Shown in pieces: positions 10,127 through 21,200 of a stretch of DNA of 64,000 nt; position 1 is the stretch's first letter; each line of letters begins with the position of its first letter. The position numbers and the translations under genes are program-made. Source of the stretch: a virus. Location of the stretch: IMG/VR virus record IMGVR_UViG_3300023176_002545, one strand, 5' to 3'. The notes beneath the pieces are model-generated. The model saw only the letters and a program-made list of their open reading frames with translations. It did no database searches and was not told the DNA's origin.

Positions 10127-11141
10127 TTAGGTACTCCTTGGGCAATACACACTCTGTTAAACCTCTATCTTGCATGTAAAACAGTACATTACGCTCTGCA
10201 CAGCTCATTAAATGAGGACAACTTGCACATTCTTGAGTATTTTCAGCATATGCAAGGTTGCGAGACAAGAAATCATCACTGTTTATGTTTTGTACTTCAA
10301 AGTTTGGTGTACGTTGCAGTATAGCATCGTACAAAAACGGATTCATATACAGTTTACCATTGTAAAAACTGTAGTTAGAGCATCCATAGCCATTAAACTG
10401 TGCATCAAACATAGTATACAGGCTTTTGTACTTGGGGTCAATCTTTTGTTTGCTTAGTTCTTGTATAAACATTGGCAAATATTTACTTACTTTGCCTCTG
10501 CTGTTACGATCGTTAAGGAAACTTGGTAGTATAACTACAGGAGCATTGAAATCTTTCATGGTCATATCACATAAATGATTGTAATCAACACTATCAAATA
10601 TGCCTGGATAGTAGTTTACTCTAAACTGCACACTGCCTTGTTTAAACAGTTCAAGTTTGCGACACATATCTTCAACATCGCCCTGCAAGTAACGTTCAAT
10701 GTCGAGCACTATCTTAAAGTCTATGTCAGGTGTGCGATCTAGTCCTTCGTAAAGGCTCCAAATCTTAGTGTGTTTAGCAAGTATTGTGTTGTAGTCCTGT
10801 AGTAGCGTTGAGTTAAAACTTAATGCTGCAATGTTGTACAAGCGTTTCATACTAGGATGCTCCATCAACTCCCAAAAGTTTTCAGCATCAAATATATCAG
10901 TAGGTCCTATTACAACATCGTCAGGTGTATATGCACTAGATTCTAGTATATCACAAAGAGTTGTTAAGTGATCAGCACTGGTTAAGTTTTTGCGTGGAAT
11001 AAAACAGCCAGGACACTGTTGACTACAGCCGTGTAGTATGTCAGCATGAACTTCAACCCTAAGAAAGTTGTTATCCTTAGGGCTTACACCTTCAACGTAG
11101 TTATTAAATCCTGATGGAGTTGCGTTTAAGTTAACGAGCAT
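10113..11141 (-). CDS. Radical SAM enzyme 8 (GPTD subfamily)
   Basis: GCSQQCPGCF, IGPTD and CASCPHLMSC...EC. Confidence 0.85.
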   Translation of the reverse strand: MLVNLNATPSGFNNYVEGVSPKDNNFLRVEVHADILHGCSQQCPGCFIPRKNLTSADHLTTLCDILESSAYTPDDVVIGPTDIFDAENFWELMEHPSMKRLYNIAALSFNSTLLQDYNTILAKHTKIWSLYEGLDRTPDIDFKIVLDIERYLQGDVEDMCRKLELFKQGSVQFRVNYYPGIFDSVDYNHLCDMTMKDFNAPVVILPSFLNDRNSRGKVSKYLPMFIQELSKQKIDPKYKSLYTMFDAQFNGYGCSNYSFYNGKLYMNPFLYDAILQRTPNFEVQNINSDDFLSRNLAYAENTQECASCPHLMSCAERNVLFYMQDRGLTECVLPKEYLNASH

Positions 11142-12312
11142 TGACGATTTTCAAGGCATCGTCATTCCATTGCTCTGTGCTGTCAATAAACGGATTGTAC
11201 ATTTCAAGTACTTCTAGCGGCATCAGGCACTCATGCATATTCATAGCGTCTTGTGCTTGGAATATCAGTCTGTTTGCACATGCTACAGCATACTTACAAT
11301 CAGCACAATCCTTAACAGTGGAAGACTTTGCCAAGCCTTTTGCTATTAGTTGATCCCTCTTTGCCAATATTTCTTCAAAACTTAAACCTGTTACTTCTAA
11401 TTCTTTATGTTGTGTAAAGAACGCTTGTTCGTGTAGCATAACATTTAGGAATACACGAGGTGCATCAAAGCCAGGAATAATAGTTAGCCCTATGAAGTTC
11501 ATTGAGTTACAGTACAAGTTAGCCATACTCATTGTAACATCAGCATAGTTATCTTGATCTACTACTTCTTTTAAGAAGTTGTTCCATGCTACTAGATTCT
11601 TACGCTGGTGTAATACACTTGGTGCTCTAGAGAACGCAGGGTTCATTTCTAGAATAGTTTCGTAATCTTCAAGAATCTTGTATAGCAGTTTGTTGTAGTT
11701 TTCTTTAGTTAGATGTTTTTGCATTACATTACTTGCTTGTAATGTCCAACTCCAGTCAATGTTTTTAGGAGTTTCATTTGCAAAGAACTCTAGTTTTGCT
11801 TTTATGTCTTTGAAATATTCTTCATCATTAAGTATACGGTCAATATCACCTACTGGCATAATAAACTCAATGATCATTTCATCTCTGTATTTTGCAGGAT
11901 CGTCAAGTATTGAAAATACTTCACGTAGTCTTTCCATGCTTACATCGTCTATTTTGCTAGGTGTAGCAATACGTGCTTTTGTATGTTCACGCATGATATC
12001 CTGTATAATAGGATTGTTAAGAATATTGTCTGTATTATTTGCTGAGAAAAGATCAGTTGGACCAATAACAAACTCACGTAAATTAAGTCCTGTGCGTGTT
12101 ACGCCGTCTGCAAGTTCTTTTGCAGTAGTTAACATTGCATCCATTGTAGCAACGTCTTGATTTTTGTTAACAAAACAACCTAAACAACCATGGTTACAAC
12201 CAGTGAGTCCTTCAAAGTTAATTAGTACGTCAAACTTTTGTGCATGACTAGGAGGTAGACTCTCAGGTCCACTGTATCTCATCTGCTTGCAGTATGATTG
12301 TTGCATTGTCAT
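11131..12312 (-). CDS. Radical SAM enzyme 9 (GPTD subfamily)
   Basis: GCNHGCLGCF, IGPTD and CADCKYAVAC...EC. Confidence 0.85.
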   Translation of the reverse strand: MTMQQSYCKQMRYSGPESLPPSHAQKFDVLINFEGLTGCNHGCLGCFVNKNQDVATMDAMLTTAKELADGVTRTGLNLREFVIGPTDLFSANNTDNILNNPIIQDIMREHTKARIATPSKIDDVSMERLREVFSILDDPAKYRDEMIIEFIMPVGDIDRILNDEEYFKDIKAKLEFFANETPKNIDWSWTLQASNVMQKHLTKENYNKLLYKILEDYETILEMNPAFSRAPSVLHQRKNLVAWNNFLKEVVDQDNYADVTMSMANLYCNSMNFIGLTIIPGFDAPRVFLNVMLHEQAFFTQHKELEVTGLSFEEILAKRDQLIAKGLAKSSTVKDCADCKYAVACANRLIFQAQDAMNMHECLMPLEVLEMYNPFIDSTEQWNDDALKIVNAR

Positions 12313-13019
12313 TCTGTTATTCCCTCATCAAATAATTCTAGCATATTATTTGCAACACCATGTTTTATTAATGTGTTATATAAGTCAGCACCTTGATACT
12401 TACTTTCATTGTTAAAAACTCTAACATTTAAGTTACTAGTTGGCCACGGACCAAACTTATGTCCTAACAAATACAAAACATCAATAGCATATGTTGCTAT
12501 ATATACAATATTTAGCCCGATTTCTGTATCACTATCAGTGTATTCTAACTCTTCTGGCACAAGTTCTTTATACTTGTCGTTATATTTGCTGGCTTGATCA
12601 ATACAGAACAATGCAACGTGTTGCATTTTGTCTAACAAATCGTCAAATAATTTTCCATGTTCATTAATATACTCGTCGATCATATCATTTGACCACAGAG
12701 TATTCATTGCAGCATCAACATTGTTATATTCTTGACCTAATTTTCTTTTTGCAATTAGTGCTATAATTCTAGCTAGTAAAGGTGCTTCAACTAGAAAATT
12801 AATTTTAATATATTCATTTAGTAGTTCTGCATCAACAGTGTCAAACTGTACTTTAAAGTTTGTGTTAGCAATATAGACTAAGATATGTTTTACAGATAAT
12901 ACTTTTTTACTTTCTTCATAATTTACATGAAGAGTGTAATCATCACTATCTGCTTTGATCTTATAAATTTCTGCTAGATCTGTTGGTTTTAAAGGTAGTA
13001 TATAACTTTGTGTTGACAT
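12309..13019 (-). CDS. Hypothetical protein in the radical SAM locus (236 aa)
   Basis: Long ORF with a GGAGA SD, ATGA-type overlap with rSAM9. No recognised motif. Confidence 0.75.
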   Translation of the reverse strand: MSTQSYILPLKPTDLAEIYKIKADSDDYTLHVNYEESKKVLSVKHILVYIANTNFKVQFDTVDAELLNEYIKINFLVEAPLLARIIALIAKRKLGQEYNNVDAAMNTLWSNDMIDEYINEHGKLFDDLLDKMQHVALFCIDQASKYNDKYKELVPEELEYTDSDTEIGLNIVYIATYAIDVLYLLGHKFGPWPTSNLNVRVFNNESKYQGADLYNTLIKHGVANNMLELFDEGITE

Positions 13020-13027
13020 TGTGTCTC

Positions 13028-14080
13028 CTATACCAGTGGTTTTACTTTAAACAGCAAATACGGTATACGACTCTTACGCTTGTAGAAGAATTCTACTTCA
13101 CTCCAAGCATTTCTAAGTGCTTCGTTATTTGCAAAATTAAATCCGCCCTCTGCTATTTGTACTACAATAGGAATAGTTTTAGCAAATTCTTTGTATACTT
13201 CTTCATATTCCCAATCTTCGTGGTTGTTAATGAGTTCTAAGAGTTCAGCATTATTGCCAACATCGTTCCAAAAATCTCTTAACACATAAAGTGCTTGCAT
13301 GCGATTTTTATTTTGGAATGTATCTTTAACAAATTGTACTTTGTCCCATGATGAATTACCGTTTGCATGGAACCAATCAATAATACCGTTAATAACACTA
13401 ATATAACCAATTTTATTTTGTAGCATACCAATTACTTCATCAATCATTTTTTCACTGTGAACAGTGAATTTTTCACGCAAATGATTTTGTGTTACTAAGT
13501 TAATTTCTGCATACGTTTCATTTTCGTTATACTTGTCATTAATAAAGAAAAGTATATCATAACCCCAATGTTTACTACTTGGAGTGCCCATGTTATGCCA
13601 TTCATTTTTAGCGTAAACATCTTCAACACAACCGTTAATATCATTTTCTGTAAATGTAGTGTATGTTGCGTATGTAATATCTCTTTGGAACACTAACTTT
13701 AAAAAGTCTTTTACTACATCTTTAACATCTTTGTTAGTTGCTGTTTGTAGTAGAGATGCAATATACTTTGCATATACACGAATTAAATCTAATGCATCAT
13801 CAAATAATAAAAACTCTTTGTCATTGTTTGACAAATATTCCCATGTGTTTATTTGATCAGTTGTAGTGAACGAAAGCATATCCGGATTTGCATTAGGATA
13901 ATCTGTAAGTAGTGTATTAACATACGAGTCTCGTACTTGTGAGTGTCCTTCCGGTGCTACTAACACCATTTTTCTTGTTTGATCGCCTGCCCAAGGACTC
14001 TCTGCTAAAGCACTTACCATAGAGCTAGACTTTCCTAAATATTTCTTATTGTTGATATAATAAAAACTTTCACCTATCAT
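13028..14080 (-). CDS. Hypothetical protein in the radical SAM locus (350 aa)
   Basis: Long ORF whose start overlaps the stop of the CHxS protein (TAATG). No recognised motif. Confidence 0.75.
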   Translation of the reverse strand: MIGESFYYINNKKYLGKSSSMVSALAESPWAGDQTRKMVLVAPEGHSQVRDSYVNTLLTDYPNANPDMLSFTTTDQINTWEYLSNNDKEFLLFDDALDLIRVYAKYIASLLQTATNKDVKDVVKDFLKLVFQRDITYATYTTFTENDINGCVEDVYAKNEWHNMGTPSSKHWGYDILFFINDKYNENETYAEINLVTQNHLREKFTVHSEKMIDEVIGMLQNKIGYISVINGIIDWFHANGNSSWDKVQFVKDTFQNKNRMQALYVLRDFWNDVGNNAELLELINNHEDWEYEEVYKEFAKTIPIVVQIAEGGFNFANNEALRNAWSEVEFFYKRKSRIPYLLFKVKPLV

Positions 14081-14463
14081 TATCTTCTTCCCCTTGAGCC
14101 GTGACAGCTATAATGGCAACTACTATGACAGATTCTCCAATCAAAATATGTGTTAGTTAGTCTGCCTTCTATTTGGTTAACTGTGCGTGAAATACAGTTA
14201 GTTGCAAAATTTTGTACCTCACTTGCATATACTTTTAGATTATCTCCAATGTTATTTGGAAGATCTGCTGTACTATATGTTCCTTGTCCTGCGTTTACAT
14301 ACTCATAACGTCTGTTACCGTAAGCAGTTCCAGAACCCCAACCACTTACGTTTGCATAATAGCACGTAGCATTGAAGTTAATAGTCTTGTCAAAAGATCT
14401 AAGACGTAGATACGCATTGTTATAGTATCTTGTTTCTAAAGAAGCGTGTGACTCGCCTGCCAT
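14080..14463 (-). CDS. CHxS-repeat protein 1, candidate radical SAM substrate (127 aa)
   Basis: Ends ICHSSCHYSCHGSRGRR. Paralogous to the neighbour (LRxFDKT, GTAYGNRRYEYVNA). Confidence 0.8.
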   Translation of the reverse strand: MAGESHASLETRYYNNAYLRLRSFDKTINFNATCYYANVSGWGSGTAYGNRRYEYVNAGQGTYSTADLPNNIGDNLKVYASEVQNFATNCISRTVNQIEGRLTNTYFDWRICHSSCHYSCHGSRGRR

Positions 14464-14837
14464 TACCTTCTCCCTCTACTGCCGTGACAACTATAATGGC
14501 AACTTGTATGACAAATACGAAAATCAAAATACTGATTAGTTATTCGACTTTCGATTAAATCACAAGTTCTTGTTATAGCATTTAGTGCCTGGTCTATCAT
14601 ATGTCCTGCATCTACTAGTGTAGTATTGGGATACACGTTTCCGTTGTAATCACTGTTAGGAGCATTTACATACTCATAACGTCTGTTACCATATGCAGTA
14701 CCTGCGTTGTAACCGCCATAGTTTTGATTAGTATAAACTGTGGCTGCTACGTTTACAGTTTTATCAAACCCTCGCAATTGAGCACCAGCATTGCCGGTAA
14801 AATAATCTCTTGCGGATGTTCGATTCATGTTTCCCAT
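14463..14837 (-). CDS. CHxS-repeat protein 2, candidate radical SAM substrate (124 aa)
   Basis: Ends ICHTSCHYSCHGSRGRR. Starts 3 nt after the stop of the 4221-aa fibre gene. Confidence 0.8.
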   Translation of the reverse strand: MGNMNRTSARDYFTGNAGAQLRGFDKTVNVAATVYTNQNYGGYNAGTAYGNRRYEYVNAPNSDYNGNVYPNTTLVDAGHMIDQALNAITRTCDLIESRITNQYFDFRICHTSCHYSCHGSRGRR

Positions 14838-14840
14838 GGA

Positions 14841-15215
14841 TTATACCTTAACTTCAACTACATCTGTACCGTCTTCAATAGCAACACCAATTAATAATGT
14901 GTATTCTGCTATAGTACTTAGTTCGTCTATAGCACGGCCTGCACCGTCCTGATCAGCAATAATATACTGACCTTTCTTAGCAGAACCGTTAATCTTACAT
15001 GGAACACGACCTTTTAGTGCAACGAACGGCCACATTGGATCATCTCTGTTATCGTCTGTTTGGTTCATCATCAAACCTGGCTGTGTTGATACAACGCCTG
15101 CTAGTTTCATGCCTTCTTTGTATAGTGTAACTTCTTTGTCGCCACCAATACCTAGTACTGTACCTGGAGCATACACTGCGTCTGCTTCGTATTTCTCTGC
15201 CAAGTCAGCCCAGTT
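14841..15215 (-). other. C-terminal intramolecular chaperone / autocleavage domain (Peptidase_G2-like) of the fibre
   Basis: ADLAEKY...GVVSTQPGLMMN...VALKGRVPCKI pattern. Confidence 0.65.
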
Positions 15216-18200
15216 AGCACTTGCTGCTGTACCTTGATAAACACCGCTGTTGTCAACGTATGAAACATCTGTACCGTCACGTCTAAACTGAACAATACGA
15301 TCGGAGTTAGCACCAGCTGCCATGTAGAATCTGTTAGCATGATATTCAATCTTACCAACGTCATTACCTGGGTTACCAGTCCATGTTTCGTTTGCGTTTT
15401 CCATAAAGCGGATGCCTGGTGAGTTACCATCATTGTTGTATGAACGTAGTGCCCAGTTACCATCTTCGTTTAGGAAACCTTGTGATGCATCGTCTGCATA
15501 TAGTCTACCATAGATAGTGTTTGAACTGTTGTTTAAACGTAGTTCACATGATCCAGTATTTGCAGAACGGAACGCCATTGCGTTTGTTTCATTTGGATAA
15601 ATGTGCCAGCCTGCGTAGTTGCCACCTTGCCAGTAAATACCTGAGTTGCTTTCAATGCGTACCCAGTTATCAACATATAGCTCGCCTGCAATGTTTGCAC
15701 CGTCGGAACGTGTTTGAACTTTCCAACTACCATTGTGCATCATTTCAGTTTGGCCGCCGTGTACACCGTAGAACAACCACTGGTTATTTACATCGTTGTA
15801 GATACCAGTTGCTGTACCGCCATCATGCATGAATACTGCACGACCATCAATGCTAAAGCCTTCCCAGTTACCATAACCACTACCGCTAATTTGGATTGAA
15901 CCGTAGTCGCCTGTTGGTTCTCTTAAGTAACGTGTAGTTTGGTTACCAACTGCAATAAACTGTTTAACAACTAGTCGACCATCTGTTGTAAGTGCCATAG
16001 CACCAGCTGCTACGCCGTCACCATCATGTCTCCACTTCCAACCACGGTCTGTGTCGTTGTTCATTGTAAAGGTCATTGCATAGTCATTCAACCAACCCAT
16101 TGTTTGACCACTAAACATACCAATTGAGTATGAGCTGTTGTTCCAAACACGTAGTTTGTCGTAACTATCGCTGCCTTCGCCGTCAATGTAACCAATGTTA
16201 TAACGTGTGCCACTTGCAAACAAGTCTGGGAATGTACCAGCGTTTAGATTGCTTGCATTACGGAAGAATGCACTATCATTACCATCTAGTAAGTCTGCAT
16301 CTAAGCCGCTGCCGCTACCATCGTTACCAGCATGCCATACTTTGTATGCATTAGCACCCATTGACCAACCGCCAACTGCTAGATCGTTTGTACTTCCGTC
16401 TAGACCAAAGTGTACAGCATAGTCGCCACCAATATGGAATGTTAAGAATGCATCATATTGGTTAGCACCGTTACCTTGATATAGTTGTAATGTGTTAACT
16501 TCACCAGTGTTTTGAATTGTTGTTGCAGGAGCACTAATTGTAAACACACCGCCACTAAATGCAGCACCAGTATCAACACGTAGGAAGCTACTTGCATGCA
16601 ATCCGTCTAGTAGGTCTGCGTTTAAGCCTGAACCTGCACCGTCGTTAGCGTCAGTCCAAATAGCACCGCCGTTAACATAACCAGTTGTAGCGTTAAAGCT
16701 ACCATTAACATCTAGGTTATAAGTACCGCTTGGATCTTTGTTAATACCAACTTTACCATCACCGCGTACTGAGAATACAATGTTACCATTAGTTTGACTT
16801 ACGTCATTGTTAACACGGAAGAATGTGCTTGCCGCAGCATTGTTTGAGTTAGTGTCAAGTCTTACGTTAACGTTGTTGTAAGAGTTAATGCTTAAACTAT
16901 CGCCAGCACCCCAAGTATCGTTACGTGAACTAATACCATGGTTTACATAGCCGCCAATTGCACCGTAGTTTCCATCCCAGTCAAAGCTAATGCCATGTAC
17001 TTTTGCAAGTTCGCCTGTTGTGCCACCGCTTGAAATAAAGCGTCTATTAGTGTCAATAGTTTCAACGCCGCCTACATTATAACTGTTACCGTCAATAGCA
17101 CCAGTTAGTGTAAGTTCAGCAGCAACTAAGTTACCACCAACGTACAAGTTCTTACCAAAGCTACCACCACCGTCTACACGTAAAGCACCTGTTGTAGTGC
17201 TTGTTGCTTGGTCAGCGGAGTTAACGTGCAAGTAACCACTTGATGCACCAATGTCAATAGCAGTTGCAGCACCACCAATGTTGAGTGTAGTAACTGTATC
17301 GTTTAATAGATCAAATGTTGCTTGGTTAGTACCCAAACTACTTGCTTGTGTAATAACGTTTTTGTTAAGTCTAATAGCATCGCCTGCGAAACTTGCTACA
17401 AGTTCGCTTGTTTGGATGCCGCTACCTGAACCAATACTTTCGGAACCATAAATGTTAACTATAGCACCAGTACCTGAACCAGTACCTGGGTTTGGTTTTA
17501 GATTTAGTTCAGAACCGTTAACGTTAAACTGTCCAGTAATTGGACCTTTTACACCAATTGTACCTGATTGTTTAGAACCTTGTGAACCTCTACCAAACTC
17601 TAGTTTGTGAGTATGTGCATCAGTACCACTTACTTCAACGCGATTAACTTGTGTTGTTGAAGTACTGCCTGAAGTTCCTGAATAGCCTGTGTCAATAAAC
17701 ACAGATCCTGCTACACCACTACCAGTGCTTGCACCGCCTTGTACTGTTAGATCTGCACCTTGCTTGTTAGTACCTAATGCATTTGGTGCTTTGATTACTG
17801 AATCAACTGGAGCAGTTTCTACTGCATCGCCACCTACAACCATTGTAGTATTTCTAACTGCTAGTGTACCAGATTTGTCAGCACCTAAAGTAATTAATGT
17901 TGCTGCTCTACCAATACTTAGTGATGTAACTGTAGTATCGTATACAGTTGCACTTGTCTTAGTAGTTTTAATATCACCACCATCAACATTAAAGTCACCG
18001 TCAATTTGTAGGTTACCTAGTGAATCAAGAACCATGCGTTCTGCTAAGAAGCCTGCTGCCATCAAGTTAAACTTGAAGCTAAAGTCTTCAGAACCAAACG
18101 TTACATCTGATGCAACAGCGTCAATAGTACCACCAACTTCTCTGTTGTTGTTTGCAGTTTCTACTTGGAACTGCATACCAACACCAATACCTACTGCTGG

Positions 18201-21200
18201 TGTGTTAGAAACATCGTGACGTATTTCAAGTGGTCTTGAAACACCAAAGTTGTTAGTATCTTCTACGAACGGAGCAACGTCATTTGACCATGCTGGGTTT
18301 CCTAATTCGTCAACAACCATAACAGCACCTTGGCTACCAATTGGTAGTCTGTTTAGTGTTGTTGGTGATGTTGCATAAATCATATCACCTGCAATATACT
18401 GATCAAGTGCTGTACCACCTTTGTTAACAGGCACAGGGTTTAACATGTTACCTGGATCTAAGAAGTATTGACTGTCTAGTCCGTCAAGTGTACCTGCATC
18501 AAGTACGCCTGCTTTTAGTTCAACTTCACCTGAATTTACATTAAACTGTGCTTTGCTGTATGAAGCAACACCTTCGTTTGTAAAGCTCTGATTACCTAAT
18601 GTATCATCTGCTCTGTCAATATCAAGTTGTGTATCTTTATAATAGAAGTTTTGTCCACCGCTAGTATAGAAGTTACCAGTAATGTTTAGTGGTGAGTTAA
18701 GTGCTGTTCTTGTAGTTCTTACTGCATAATCCCAGCTGCTGTCACCTTTTAAGTATGTGTTACTGTTAGCAGAACCAATAGATGCAAGTCTTGATGTACT
18801 AATAACACCCGAAACAATGTTTGAAGCATCAACGTTTGCACTACCAGTTAGTGCCCAGTTTGCAGAATTTTTACTTGAAGTATTAATTTCGCCGTAAACT
18901 GTGATATTCTGATGGATAAAGTCTGCACTACCACTACCAGTTTGAACAAAGTTAATTGCACCTTGTACAACACCGTTTACACTGTTTAGAGCATCTTCTC
19001 TAAATTCGTGTACTGTGAAAGTGTTTTGACTTACTGTACCTGCGTAGTAGTAAGATCCACTTGACATTCCTGTTGGAGGGTTAGTACCTACAAAGCGGAA
19101 TGCTCTACCAGCTGTAAATCCGTGGTTTGGTGAGTAGATCTTATCTTTACGTGTGTCAACGTTGTTGATAATAAGTGCATGTGTACCAGTTGAACTTACA
19201 GTAAAGTTAACTTTTGTACTTGCATTTAAATCATACCTGTTGTATAATTCAATAGTGTTAGCATCAATTACTTTTACAAAGTAACTTTCACCCTGCAACA
19301 TACCTCCAATTGGAGTGTTTGGTGAGCTTGCATAGTTAACAACGTCACCGTCATCAAATATATGACTTGTTATTTCAATCTGTGAATTTGCATAGTCAAC
19401 ATTACCACCGTTTGCTAGTGTATCTGCATTAAATGCATTAAGCGAGTTACCACCTAGTGCAACAGTATCAACTTGTGCATTGTTATCTTCAATGTACTCG
19501 TTAGTACTTGTTGATGCAACAAACTTGCCTGCAAGTAGATCAACATACAGTCTGTTGTCAACGCTAAGTGCTGAAATTTGGAAAGCTGAACTTGACTGTC
19601 CGCCTAAGTTTCCTGTTGCTGCACTCAATACATCTGTTGTTGTATAACCACTACCACCTCTAACCAAGTCAACGCTTGATACTTGGCCGTTAGTAACTGT
19701 GATATCTGCTCTTGCACCAGTACCTGAACCGTTAACATTTGTTAGTGGTACGTTGTTATATGTTAAAGAACCTGTTGTAGGAACATAACCTGAACCGTTA
19801 CTAATATTTGCTAAGTCAACTGCAAGTAGTACACCTTCAGCTTGTGCAGTAACAACACCTTGTGTTTTTGAGTTAGCTGCTGTAACAGTTACACCGTTTG
19901 TAAATGATGCTCCAGCAGGCTCATATCTCAAATACTGACTGTCACTGTCTTGAATCATTGTGTACTGAATATCACGTGTTTCAGATGAGCCAGTGTTTGT
20001 GATGTATGTTGTAGTGTTGTTGCCATTTTTGCTTAGTGTATTAGCACTAATATTGTTGCTAAATGTGCCAACAATGTTTGTTAGGTAAACAGTAGTTGCA
20101 CCACCGTTGTCTTCATCAACAATAGCAGTAGCACCTGTGTTTGCTTCAACAATTACATCATCTTCGTTAAACTGTGTTGGAGCACTTAGAGTAAACAGTG
20201 TACGTGGATAACGTTCTTGTGCAATGTCACCCTGTAATGGCTCTTGTGGTGGAATATCATCAGTTAGATCATATCTACCAAATTTTGTGTTTGTAGTGAA
20301 CAAACTAAAGTTACGTGTTGCAGGAATAATATCTGCGTTCAACAAACCTTGTGCGTTCATTTGTGGAACAGCACCACTAACTGAGTTAGTAGATACGCTC
20401 TTATCAATAAAGTCACCTAGTCTGTTTGCTAAGAAGCTACGCTGTGCCAACTGTGTTGTCAAACGTGTATCTGTAGCACCACCTGGTTCGTTGTCACCTA
20501 GTCCTGGATCAGTTGAAATTGCTTCAATAACAACATCTGAAACTGCAAGTTTCAGTGCTGAAAGTTCACCAACTGTAACTGTGTTTTTAAATGTAATGTT
20601 ACCAGTTCTGTTTTCTGCAACAATGAAGTCACCAACTTTAAAGTCACCTAGTTCGTTAGTACCTGAAGAGTAAACTCGTCCTGGTAAGTCACTAAACTGT
20701 TCGTATTCTTCTCTTGTAATACCACCGTTCTGTGGTAGAGCGTTATAGTCTGTACCAGAACCTGCATATTCCCAAGTGTGTGATGAACTGTTAACAATTG
20801 AAGGTCTATGGAAACGTATAAATGTTCCCTGTAGGTTACCTGTGTTAGTTAACACACCACCAACAATAGTTGGATCAATAGTAAACTCTGCTGTGTACAA
20901 GTCTGTTCTAGAAGTAAAGCCTGTTACAGCAATGTTACTTTGTGGAATAGCACTACTATCATTGTCAATGATAGAAGTAGCATCAAAGAAGATTCTTGTT
21001 AGAGAACCGCTGTTTTCTGCTTTTTCTACTGAAACAGTAAGTGTGCGTGTTGCTGCTTCATATGTATAAACAAACGCTTTGTTTCTGTAGATACCAGTAG
21101 TTGCTTCAATAAGGTCGCCTGGGTTAAAGTTATAAGTTCCAGGAGCAAGTGTTAGTACTTGATACTTGTTGTGTGTTAGCTTGTTACCATCAGCGTCTTG

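Noticed and set aside
2306-12312. rSAM enzymes as PqqE, QueE/7-deazaguanine, viperin or NrdG-type proteins
   Set aside because: No pqqBCD, queCD/folE/dpdA or nrdD neighbours, and the C-terminal Cys clusters plus adjacent CHxS genes fit peptide maturases better. pqqA is about 20 kb away in its own cassette. Activity on PqqA is not formally excluded.
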